This document shows, one piece after another, positions 38,901-50,864 of a stretch of 64,000 nt of DNA. Both the position numbers and the translations under genes were made by a program. A model generated the notes under the pieces. The model was not told where the DNA came from, searched no databases, and saw nothing but the letters and a program-made list of their open reading frames with translations. Origin of the DNA: Felis catus (Eukaryota); contig NC_058384.1 in NCBI RefSeq assembly GCF_018350175.1, positions 32,302,001 through 32,366,000 of the forward strand, given 5' to 3'. Every line of letters starts with the position of its first letter. Position 1 is the first letter of the stretch.

Positions 38901-39244
38901 CCCCTAGAATGGAATCTTCAAGATATTTGTCCCTTCAGTGCCAAATACAAAGTAGATCTTCAAGAAGTGTTTTTTTCCTTGAGATACTTCAAATACGTCA
39001 AAAACTAGTACTTAGTTATGCATGTGTTCCTTAAGCAATGGTTGATAGATATTCACCAAGTGTCAATTTCAGGAGCTCAATATTTTCAAGAACAATATGG
39101 CTTAAAATAACACCGGAAGTTAAAAAAGTAATTGGAATTCACCATTAGAGTAGGAGATTTAACATATCCCCTCAGAAAATGACACCTAAAAGATCAAAGG
39201 TAAGAATATAAAATAGCTGAATAAAAATTAATAGGCCTAGCACC

Positions 39245-39765
39245 CAAACTGGAAAGGAAGAAGCAAAACTTATCTCTGATTGCAAAGGAAATGATTTCAT
39301 ATGTAGAAAGAACTAAAGATTTTATATACATAAAAAAAAACCCAAACTGTTACAACTAATGAAAAAAAATTCGGCAAAGATTCAAGACAAAAATCAACAT
39401 GCAAAAATCGGCTGCACTTCTATACACTAACAATAAACCATCTGAAAAGCAGATTAGAAAAAGAATTCCATTTACAATAGCATCAAAAAGAAAAAAAATA
39501 CTTAGGAATAAATTTAACTAAGGAGGGAAAAGACTTATATACTAACAACTACAAAACACTTCAAGAAGAAACAGACATCCATATTCATAGATTGGAATAT
39601 TTAATATTATTAAGATGACAATACCACCCAAAGCTATCTACAGATTCAAGGCAATCCCTATCAAAACCCCAATGATGTTTTTTTTTTTTCCAAAAAACAG
39701 AAAAACTCATCTTAAAATTAAGATGGAATCTCAAGGGAACCTAAATAAGCAAAACAATCTTAGAA
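39245..39765 (+). mobile_element. L1 ORF2 (RT region) fragment
   Basis: aaaatcaacatgcaaaaatc, ccatttacaatagcatcaaaaaga; peptide PKAIYRFKAIPIKTP. Confidence 0.88.
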
Positions 39766-39766
39766 G

Positions 39767-40962
39767 AGGAGAGGCTATCAAGATGGCGACACAAGAGGTT
39801 CCTCCCCTTCCCTCCTTCTGGGGCTGCACTGCATGCACAGCTATACATTCAGTAAATGGAGCAATTTACACTGAAAGAAATCCAGAAACTGGCAGAGAAA
39901 CTCCTACACATCAGGTAAATGAGAAAATACCCACATCTTAACAGGCAGACAAGGCTGAGACATACTCTTGCCATAAACCCCACCCCCCACATAGCATCCT
40001 ACAATTGGGAGAAAAACCCTAATTCCCAGCTTATCCCTGAGGAACAAAGATTCTGAACCCCACATCTAGCACCCCAAATTTTAAGACTCCCATTGCAGGA
40101 ACAGGCAATTAGCTCTGAAAACCAATGGTGCCTGTGTTCATAAGGCCCCCAAGACGAGCAAACAAAGAAGCAGTCTTGAGGGGCACATGAGCACTTGTCA
40201 CAGCTCTCTCCCCAGAGTCACCACTAAGAGAGCAAGCAAAAATCTCCCAGTCTTTCTCTGAAAGAGGTCTACTGCATAGTTTAAAATTTTCTGCCTGAGA
40301 GTCAGACTGCTCATTTAGCACACATCTAAAGAATGTCTGTGATCCTCCCAGGTCACTGGGAGGCTGGTGGACACCTCCCCCACCTTTTCCCTCCAGCTCA
40401 CTCCAAGTTGCCAGTATCTCCCTGGAAGGAGCCTGAATTACACCTGCATGCCAGCTTTTGCAGCTGCTGTCCAAGGAACAGGTCCCCCAATGGCCTAGCT
40501 CTGGTGGCCACTGAGGCTTCCATTCACAAGTCCCGTAGGACTGCAGCAACCAAAGAAGCAGTTCCTAACAGGCACAGGAGCACTCTCCTGAGACCACACA
40601 CCAAGTCTTGGCACAGACTGAGCAGGCAAAAGTTCCCATCTCCCAGTTTTTCCTCGGAAACAGGTTTAAATATATACTCTCCCAGCTGATGATTGAGGGT
40701 CTAGATTCTAATCATACTGCATCAAGGTGCTGATTGTGACCCTCCCCTAGGGCACACTAACAGGTCTTAGCACATCTTCAGCTAAGAAGGCCGTTAAGAA
40801 TGAAGAAGGTAACTTGAACTTGGACAATCACAAAGGTTTGAGAAAAAAATTAGAAGCTCAGGCCAGGCTGACTGACATGGTTCAACTTCTACACAACACA
40901 ACTCTGTCAAGACTAAGAGACATGGTAATTTTATCTAATGCAAAGAAACCATTACAGAGAGT

Positions 40963-41002
<40 letters not shown>

Positions 41003-41100
41003 AATATATATATAAATATATATATTTATAAAAATATATATATATATTTATAAATGATGAATTAAGAAAACAAGGCCAAATAAACAACAAGAGATAATAA
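39767..41100 (+). mobile_element. L1 5' UTR region (old L1M/carnivore type) with YY1 motif
   Basis: Starts ggagaggctatCAAGATGGCG (39779-39788), the typical L1 5' terminus; GC-richer UTR then text resembling the ORF1 start, broken by an AT run. Confidence 0.65.
40962..41054. repeat. Pure A/T compound (TA)n tract
   Basis: About 90 bp with no G or C. Confidence 0.95.
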
Positions 41101-43200
41101 TATATAGGAGATTTAAAACTCTTTGGAGATTATATAGCAATATATTTGGTAACGTAGCTGAGAAACAAAGTATCTAGAAAATATAAATTGCCTAAAATTC
41201 TCAAAGAAAAAGTAGAAAGGCTGAAAAAGCATAACCACAGAAGAACTGAAACAGTGGTCAAAGCTCTACACTTAAAGAAAAATTGGCCAAATGATCTTAA
41301 TGAGCAAGTTCTACCATAAGATCAAGGAACAGACAATTTCCGGAAACTGTTTCAGAGGATTGAAAATCATGGGAAGCTTCCACTTATTTCATGGTGCTAG
41401 TATAACCCTGATACTAAAGTCATAAAAAGCCAATATGGGGAAAGAAAATCATGAATTAATCTTTCTTATACACAGTGCCTTAAAAATTCTAAATTAAATA
41501 CCTGTAAATTGAATATAGGAGTGATTAAAAGAATACTTGCAATTGAGTAGGATTTATCCCAGGAATGGAAGGAGGATTCAGTATTAAAAACATTAGAAAT
41601 TTATGAGAATAATTAAAGGAGGATAATCTTATGATCAATCCATAGATGCTAATAAAATATTAAGTAAAACTGCACACTCATTCATGATTTTTTAAAAAAG
41701 CCAACTAGTAAAAGAAAAGAGGAAGCTTCTTTAAGCTGATAAAGAAGATATGTCAAAACCCAGAGCAGGTATTCCCTCCCACTAGCTTTAAGAAAAAGAC
41801 ATTTTCTCTTCTGTCACTCAAAACCACGCTGAAAGTCTCCGTCAGTACCACAAGACAATTAAATGCAGCAAGAGTTAAATTTGTTGGCAAGGACAAACTG
41901 TCATTATTTGTAGATGATATGACCATCTATTTAGGAAAATCAAAAGAAACAACTGGCAAATTACTAGAGCTAACAAAAGATTTAAACAAGAAAGAAGCAA
42001 AATTATCAACTCAAAACAAAAATCAGTACCTTTCTTATATCAAAGCAATAATCCACAAAGAAGTGTCCAAGACTTCTGAGGAGAAATGATAAATCATTAT
42101 GTAATAACCTTAGGGAAGGCTTGAATAAATAACTATTCATGATTGAAAATTCAGAGTCAATATCACAGACATGCAAACGCTACCCAAATTAAGCTACAAT
42201 TCATTGCAAACCTAACAAATTCAGATATAAATACCAATGTCAGGAATCAAGACATACTATAGAACTCTAGTATTTAAAATAGGAAGAATCGAGTAGATCA
42301 ATACAATAGAATGGAGCCCTAAAACAAACCCATGTATACTTGGATATTGACTATATATTAAAGGTGGTCTTTCAAACAGGTAGGGAGAGTATGGACCACT
42401 GAATAAAATAGTTTTTTTAAGTCATTTATTTTTGAAAGAGAGACAGAGAGAGCGAGTGGGGGGGGGAGGAGGGAGGGAGAGAGAGAGAGAGAGAGAGAGA
42501 AGGAGAGAGAATCCGCACTGTCAGCACAGAGTCCCACATGGGGCTTGAATTCACAAACCATGAGATCATGACCTGAGCTGAAACCAAGAGTCAGATGCTT
42601 AACCAACTGAGCCACCCAGGTGCCCCAGAATAAAACAGTTTTAAGATATAAAAACCATTCTTAGTTGCAGGCCATACGAAAATAGGCAGTAGACCAGATT
42701 TGGCCCATGGGCCATCATTTGCCAACTCCTGTTCTATTCTATTCTTGGTACCTGCCCTAAAGGAATACTTACATATATGTACAAGGAGGCATAAATAGGC
42801 ATCTCTACAGCAGCTGCATTTGCAAAAGAGAAAAATTAGAAGCAACCTAAAATTTCAGCAACAGAAGAATGGCTAAAAAACATTACATATCCATACCATG
42901 TCCAGTCAGGCCAATTCACATACACTAATATAGAAACAGCCTCAAAATAACACCATGAGGAGGGGGAAAAAAAGCACATATTTTAGAATATTTATCCATT
43001 TATTAAACCACACACACACACACACATAGCAGTAAAGGTATGGAAAGCTATACTCCAACCTGACAATAATGGTTACCTCTCATGGGAGAGGAAAGTGAGT
43101 AAGGTGTGTTTGCTGGGGTCAGAGGAATTATTGTCTTAGAGGGCTTCAGTCTTACCTGTATTTTTTACTTCATAAATTAAAAAGAATAAAATAATTTAAA
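41100..43200 (+). mobile_element. Ancient L1 (L1ME-like) ORF2 and 3' remnants with SINE and MER58-like insertions
   Basis: gtaggatttatcccaggaatg, tttgtagatgatatga (FxDD-encoding region), tagatcaatacaatagaat; MER58-like end gatttggcccatgggccat...ttgccaactcctg at ~42650-42731. Confidence 0.7.
42418..42626 (-). mobile_element. CanSINE
   Basis: Reverse-strand SINE; TSD gaataaaatagtttt/gaataaaacagtttt. Confidence 0.93.
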
Positions 43201-43629
43201 AAAGGAAGTCTAGGAATCTTTCTACTTAATGACCTTAGACCCTGGCTACCTCCCCTAAGTATGGAGTCAAGGCATGTGGGTGAGAAGACAGAAGCTAGAT
43301 GACTGTCACCCCCCAGTTATGACTGCTCATGGCTGGGGCCTCCCTCTCCAGGTAGCACTAAGATCCCTTGGGACTATTAAAGAAGCCTAAAATGTGACAG
43401 TTGTGGCCTCAGCTATATCCTGTTCAAACACAAAAGCAACAGCTTAGGGCAACTCCCATTTTTAAGCAAACTTGGTATTTTAAAATCTAAAACTGACAAA
43501 CAGGTAAAGCATTCCAAAATGATTCAGCCAACAGCACAGAAAACTGTTCTAGGACATCCAGTTAAACACAGGAGATGAGAGATCTTTGCTCCCTCCAAAA
43601 CCCCATTAAAAAGCAAGTAAGCATTTGAT

Positions 43630-43840
43630 GGGGCACCTGGGTGGCTCAGTCGGTTAAGAATCTGACTTCGGCTCAGGTCATGATCTTACAGTGTGTGGGT
43701 TCAAGCCCTGCATCAGGCTCTGTGCTGACAGCTCAGGGCCTGGAGCTGCTTCAGACTCTGTGCCTCCCTCTCTCTCTGTCCCTCCCCCGTGCGCACTCAC
43801 TCACTCTCTCTCTCTCTCAAAGATTAATAGACATTAAATT
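43630..43840 (+). mobile_element. CanSINE
   Basis: Head, (CT)n; diverged TSD aaaagcaagt..cattt. Confidence 0.92.
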
Positions 43841-44124
43841 TTTTTAAAAGCAAGTCAACATTTGAAAAGGTATAAACTCACAGGCAAGGAATGGAATAGA
43901 AGTGAAAAGCAAGTGGTTAAAATGAACTCATTTTTACAAGACAGAAAACAGATGGAGGAATTAGCAGCACTGAGACACCTAGATAGTAGATGTCAGAGGA
44001 GAAAGTCATTCCTACACCAGATCCCCAGAAGGCCTAGCCATTAGAGGCACCATGTACCACAGACGGCAACAGTAAACCACAGAGACAAGAAAACAGACAG
44101 GTTGGTTAAAAATCTTGGTAATGT

Positions 44125-44297
44125 AGGGCACGTGGGTGGCTCAACTGGTTATGGCCTCACAGTTAGGGAGTTCGAGCCCCACATCAGGCTCTGTGCCGAC
44201 AGCTCAGAGCCTGGAGCCTACTTTGAATTCTGTGTCTCCCTCTCTCTGTGCCCCTCCCCTGCTTCTTGCCCTCTTCTCTCTCCTCCCCTGCTTCTTG

Positions 44298-44348
<51 letters not shown>

Positions 44349-44372
44349 AATAAACAAGTATTTAAAAATATT
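44125..44372 (+). mobile_element. CanSINE with head deletion and internal 29-bp tandem duplication
   Basis: cctcccctgcttcttgccctcttctctct repeated at 44253-44281 and 44282-44310. Confidence 0.9.
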
Positions 44373-44393
44373 TTTAAAAAATCTGGGTAATGA

Positions 44394-44610
44394 GGGGCGC
44401 CTGGGTGGCTTGGTCGGTTAAGCATCTGACTTCGGCTCAGGTCACGATCTCATGGTCCATGAGTTCGAGCCCTGTGTCGGGCTCTGTGCTGACAGCTCAG
44501 AGCCTGGAGCCTGTTTCAGGTTCTGTGTCTCCCTCTCTCTCTGCTTCTCCCCTGTTCATGCTCTGTCTCTCTCTGTCTCAAAAATAAATAAACGTTAAAA
44601 AAAAAGAATA
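44394..44610 (+). mobile_element. CanSINE directly in tandem
   Basis: Full length; TSD aaatctgggtaatgag on both sides. Confidence 0.94.
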
Positions 44611-46199
44611 CAAATCTGGGTAATGAGCATACAGACCCTGGGGCTTCCTTCTTTCTCTGCCCCCCACTCCCCATGACGAAGGCGATGATGAGAAATTTTT
44701 TTTGTGAATAAATTGTATCAGAGTGACTCTAAACTCAGGGACAACGGGTACAGTGGCATTTCAGAATGCCAAAGATATTTTCATTAAGTTTCTCAAGAGA
44801 AAAACAGATTACATATAAAGAATCAAAAATCAAAATGGCATTTCTCAACAGTAAAGCTAAAAACTAGAAGACAAATTACATCTTCCAAATTTTTCAAGAG
44901 AAATTACCTTTCAACCTTAAAATTCAGTGCTCAGACAATCAATCAAATGTGAGAATAGAATAAAGACAGTTTGGGAAATGCAAGTCTCAAAAAAATTTAT
45001 TATCCATGGTCCTTTTCTAAAGGCCCTTCTACTAGGTCTAATAGAAGTAGTCCTTGTACTGAAGGACGTGCTCCACCAAATCAAAGGGAGGAGAAAACAA
45101 GGGGACATGGGGTCCAAGACCCAGGGATTCAGCCCGGGAAAGAGGAGGAGGAAAGTGTCAGGACCAGCTGTACAGTCCATCTAAAGAGATATGATCCAGA
45201 TGGGACAGAGGATGGAAGGGCCCAGGAGAGGTTCTCCGGGAAAAGAAGAGAGCTGACAGATTGCCAAATACATCTGACCACATGGAAATGACTATTCTGA
45301 GGGATTTTTCCATTTTACTGGGGAGTTTGCAAAGAAGTGGTGATAGTAAACTACTAATCAAACAAAAAGAGGCAAGGTGATTCTTAATCTGAGGTGGGCA
45401 AACAGTGGACTAGAAAGGAAATTCAATTATAGCATATTAACTGGCATGGCAGTAAGCCACACTTAACATGGTGGTAATGGGAACATCGAGTGCTGATGGA
45501 ACCAAACACAGAGCTACTACCATATTGGAAGGAGAAGTAGGTCTCAGATGCTAAAACCTCATGTAGAAAGCAGCTAATATTTATAATTCTTAAGGGAAGA
45601 ACTAAGAGAATATACTTTAGAAAGGTGGAAGTAAATGTCAGAAACAACTGAAGTGAATTGGAAGTTGTTGCTGATGAGGAGAAGGATGTATGAGCAGAAT
45701 GGAGACTAAAGATTCCTTTACCTCAAGGAAGCCTTGCAGGAAGATTTGACTTCTGACCCATAAACAGATATTCCTTAAACTTTCTGGGTTTCCATTTTTT
45801 CCCACTGCAGAACAGGGATAATGACAGTACTTACCTACAAAGCTACTATTGAAACCACATGACATAATTTGGTAAAAATGCTCTTGTGAGCATTGCCACT
45901 TCACTTAGAGCAATTTTTCCATACGCAGGTAGAGTGAAGCCACAACTAAAACACAAGATGTCCAAGAACTGAGGGCTGGAATGTGAAATTGATATAATGC
46001 CAAATGGTTCTGCCTAGCTTGCTTGTCCCGAATTGCAATTCTTTGTTATTCCCGAAGAAATCCATTTTTGCTGCTTAAAAAAATTTAATGCCAAATGTAC
46101 ACAAGCAGCAAGGAGAGATGAATGAATAAGTGTGTAATATTTATCAAGGCAGGTGTCTCTTCTTACCTAAAATTAAGGAAGCTCAGAATAAATTATGTA

Positions 46200-46400
46200 T
46201 AACTGAATTTGACTCCCTTTCTAATTGAACTATGTGTTCTTAGACATATCACGTACGTTCCCCGGTCTGGAGTTTCCTCATCTGTAAAAATGGAGATAAG
46301 CAATACCTGCCCTGGGTGGTTGTTGAGGTGCTTCAATAAAATAACCAATGTGGAAGATCTCTGTGCAGGGTCTGGTACAGTTTCTTCTCTGGCAAAGGGT
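46200..46400 (+). mobile_element. MIR fragment
   Basis: agtttcctcatctgtaaaaatggagataa core. Confidence 0.7.
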
Positions 46401-49400
46401 GGCAGCTAGAGCAACCCCACATTAGTCTGTTCCTTCCATCTCTAACATACATCAAGCAACCAGGGTCAGCTAAGCATAGCCTCCTGAGGAGGGATCCATC
46501 ATGTTCCCTTTTCTCTCAATCACCCTTAATTAGATAACAATACGTATTCACCGTAGAAAAGGCTGAAAATATAAATAAGTAAAACCAGGAAAATATGTAT
46601 CATAAATAATCCCCATCAATAAAAAGCTAATCACCATCTGTATGTTAGTATGTAACCTTCTGCGTACCTTTCCGTATGTGCACGGAAATTTAAATAAAAA
46701 TAAATTTTTATTCTACCTATTATTCTTTATTCATCTTTCTTCACAGTTAAATTATTTCAAAATCGCTACTTTCAGTGGTGGGATAGTCAACTTACTAGAT
46801 GTCCTGTACCTCTTATGCTCTTTCCTGCTACCCCTCAGGGGATAGACAGTGGCCATTCCAGCACTTACCTGAGCTTACGGGGTGGACTAGAGGGTTGACA
46901 CAAAAGGAAAAAGCAAAAGCCCCCTTAAGTTGTGTGTTTCAGTACATGCTGGCAATCACAAGTACAATGATACCAACTCAGCTATCTCAAATGAGGCCAG
47001 CAGCTGCTCCATAAGCTTTTTAAAGCAGTGTTTATTTCTAGGTCTTGGGAGGAATGTGAGATATTTTGGAAGTCCTGCACATCTCTGACTTCTCAGAGCT
47101 TTAAAAATGAATACATGCACACAAACATATATATCTATATACACACAGACACATATACACACATATACATATACTACATATAGATGCTATACAGTTATGA
47201 CATACATATAATATTCACTGCACATAATATGTAAATACACACTATAAATAAATACATACTGTAAAAATATATTGCACTAAGTATGTGCATATTATTTTGG
47301 GGAAAGTGGGCTAATTTCATCCTTCTATTGCTAATAGGAACACTGAAAACTCAAGTTCTGCTACCTCCAGGGAGTAATGGGTTTTCTTGGAGGAAAAGAG
47401 ACCCAGATTTAGAAACACACATCCAAAGCTTCAGCACGTACATAATAAAGATTTTGCTTTTCCCTAAGTTCATCTGTAGAAACCGCTGGGCACCAGGCTG
47501 TGACTTGAATAACCACCACTTATCTGTGCTGTAGAAGCAGGAATTGAGGGCTCTCAAGTAATGAATCTAATCCCACAAGCCACCTGAAAAAGCCCATTTC
47601 AACCACTGACATTCAAGCCATGGATCTCATCTTCGGCTTAGCATTCTTTACCAAGAGTACAGTTCCCGAGGCTGGGAGCCTGTGCTGTGCACTTAGCAGG
47701 AAAAAAGGACGAGAGCTGGCCAGCCCTGGGGGGCTCACCAGGCCACCACTAACTGGAACCTGGCTCTAGTTCAAAGTCTTCTCTCTGTCAGCAGACCCAG
47801 TAACGGAAAGTTAAAAAGAACCTTTGAAAATGTTTTTGCCATGCTAACCATATCTGAACTAAGAGGTGGAATTATTTGCCACATTCCACCTCTCAGACCA
47901 GAGGGGTTAAGGCTTAGGTTCAGGTTCCCACAGAGAAGAAAATGTGTAAGCAGTGAATTGCGCAGTGTGCTTCCTGCATCATTAATGATCCTTCGGAGTG
48001 GGAGACAATGGAGGGGGCACCATCAGGTCGTCATCCACCAAGGAACACACTGTTCATAACAACACGCATTGCTTTTGCCATACAGAGAGGCCCGGGAGAG
48101 TGCTAACAAGCCGGCACAACAGGCTAATTTGACGTGTGGGATTAATACGTTAATTTAATGCTCTCCTGTTTGGTTAAGTGTTTTGCATTTCTATATTTCT
48201 AAGTTTGCACTCAGATCCTTTTATATGGGAAACCATTCGGCTTCTCTAGCCTCCTTTCCTTCATCCTCCTGAGTGATAACTCCTCATCCGCCATGTCTGC
48301 CTCCTCACCTGAATGGCAAGCCTATTTCTGACTTCAGGCTGTATGTGTGCTATTCTCCTGACCGGGAATGCTTGTCTTTTCTCTACTGACCTAGCCAAGC
48401 CCCGATCTTAATTCTCCAGAGTCCTACTCAAGCCTCAGCTCTTTAAACCATTCCTAAAAGCTTAGCTCACCCTGACCACCACTCTTCACAAACATCGGCT
48501 GCCTCCATGACTCATTCTGGTCTCTCTGTGCAAAATACCTTACATTGGTCCTCAACTGATTTGCACATGCCTTGCATCTCCAGCTGGACCACAATCTCCT
48601 ATGACACAGGGGAGATGCCTCATAGCTTCTTTCTCCCACTATTAGCACCCTGGCCTGGAGACATAACCATTCTTTAACCTCATCTTACTTTATCCCTCCC
48701 TGGCATCACCATCATTGACCACTCCCTCCATGAAATACCCTCTTTTTCTCAGTTTCAGTGAAATCACCCTCGAGATTTTCCTCCCCCTGTTGGCCCCTTC
48801 TCCTCTATCCAACTTTTAACTGTTGGTGTTCCTCAGGTTCAGTCCTGGGCCACCACCTTTTCTTCTCTTTCTGTACTCTCTCCAAAAAGTCCCAAACACT
48901 TCCATGGCTCCAAAATACCAAGTACATGCTCCCAAAAATCTATCTCTAGCCTGGACATTTCTTCTGAGAAATGCCTGGGAAGGCTAAGCCAATCAACATT
49001 CTATAACGTTAATGAAAATAAGACTTTTTTCTATAGATCACTTAGCTCTTCATAAAGAAAAGCTCTTGTTCCATGGTTTTATTGCCTCTGTTCCAAAGCA
49101 GACATCACAAAGATGATTATCCTGATAGGCCACCACGAAATACCTTGTTCTTGGAGGGAACTGACGAATAACAGACTCTACCATATACAAGGACAGACTA
49201 GTACACGATAGGCACAGAAGCACTGAAAGAGACGCCAAAAAAAGGAAATGAGGAGGAAGGGACCATGTTTTTCACTCAGAGTTCCCCAGAGCTCTGCAAT
49301 GTGTCTCCCACATAGGGTACTGAAATTTTTTTTCCCCCTAAATGAGCAAATTAAGAAAGGACGAATCAGACTGACCTTGCCAAAGGAGCCAAGTCTAAGA

Positions 49401-50587
49401 AGGGTTCCAGTCTTGAGAAAATGGCTTATCCATAATAAGTACTCGATCTCCATTTCTTGAATTGATTTAAGCAGTAGAGAAATAGAAGATCATGAGCCAC
49501 TCTCAAACAGACCTACTCTTCTTAGACTAGTTTGCTTTGTGATGCTTCAGTTAGGTGGGACTGGAGTCACTGACCTTCTTATCAGGCCAACTGGCATGTA
49601 TATCCTGCCAATTAGTGAGTTAGGATTCCACAAAACTAAGCACTGGTTATATATCATGTCAATAATTCTTATAATTGACTGAACTCTCAAACTCATGGGA
49701 TTTCTGTATCTACATCTTCAAAGTCAAACCAACCAATATAGCAGATAAACTGAATGTGTATCAGCACAGAGCCATGGTCTTTGGGCTCCTTCTGACACAT
49801 CAGAGCATCAGATCCCTCTCAGAACCATTAGACTGACCCTCCCTGATTGTCACTGGAGGCATCTTTCCTCAATTAAGTCTATAAATAGAAATTTTACTGC
49901 TTTAGAGAGGACATAAATCAGCTCAGCAGGATACTCTTGGGGCAAAGAAGAGGAGACATAGGCAGGGGGAGGAGGACATATTGAAATTATTCAATGAAAT
50001 GAACATTAGGAATGGGGGGGGTGAACTGCTTGAGGTATCGATTCTCCTTTGCATAGGAATAACTGACAAGCAGCCTGGAGGTATCTTCCTTCAAAGGAGA
50101 GAGCACATCCAGAATTGGCAAGAAGTAATGTCACTCTACTGATGTTTCACAATGTGTCCACTTATTAAAAGATTTCAATGCTGAACACAAATTCTAGCTC
50201 CCCGAGAGAGTGCTTGTGTAGAGGAAAAGCATGTTGCTTTAGCAGTTAACTCCTCTTTTGTCCGCCCAGCTCGGGTGCTTTGTGAAAGTACCTTTCGTCA
50301 GCTTCCTACAGCTCTGTGCCTCAGTGAGTCACAACCAATAATCCCACATCTCATAAAGCAGCAGGGTACCAGAAAGGCTAATTTCTCCCCATCCATTTCT
50401 TTCCTATATATATTTTGTTCACTGAGCGTTAAAATAGCATTTTGCCATCACTAGACCAATTACTATCTATGCTGCTATGGAAAATAATAAGCTCCCTGTA
50501 TAATGCTCAACAAGCCTCAGCTTTAGGAAGTTCTTTCAGTTTTCACTCTGTATTCTCCATGCTGCTGCCATGAGCCTACTTCTTCTT

Positions 50588-50818
50588 TAAAATTTTTTTT
50601 TCAACGTTTATTTATTTTTGGGACAGAGAGAGACAGAGCATGAACGGGGGAGGGGCAGAGAGAGAGGGAGACACAGAATCGGAAACAGGCTCCAGGCTCT
50701 GAGCCATCAGCCCAGAGCCCGACGCGGGGCTCGAACTCCCGGACTCGAACTCCCGGACCGCGAGATCGTGACCTGGCTGAAGTTGGACGCTTAACCGACT
50801 GCGCCACCCAGGCGCCCC
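50588..50818 (-). mobile_element. Young felid CanSINE with duplicated B box
   Basis: TSD GAGCCTACTTCTTCTT at 50572-50587 and 50819-50834; ctcgaactcccgga tandem at 50730-50757. Confidence 0.97.
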
Positions 50819-50864
50819 GAGCCTACTTCTTCTTGTACTGCCCTCAGTGAAATCAGAAAATATT

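Larger units (their letters stand above)
43560..45780 (+). mobile_element. HAL1-like element split by three CanSINEs
   Basis: ORF1-like text cagattacatataaagaatc...aaatgtgagaatagaataaagaca...gtctcaaaaaattta...gtgctccaccaaa follows the recalled HAL1 consensus. Confidence 0.65.
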
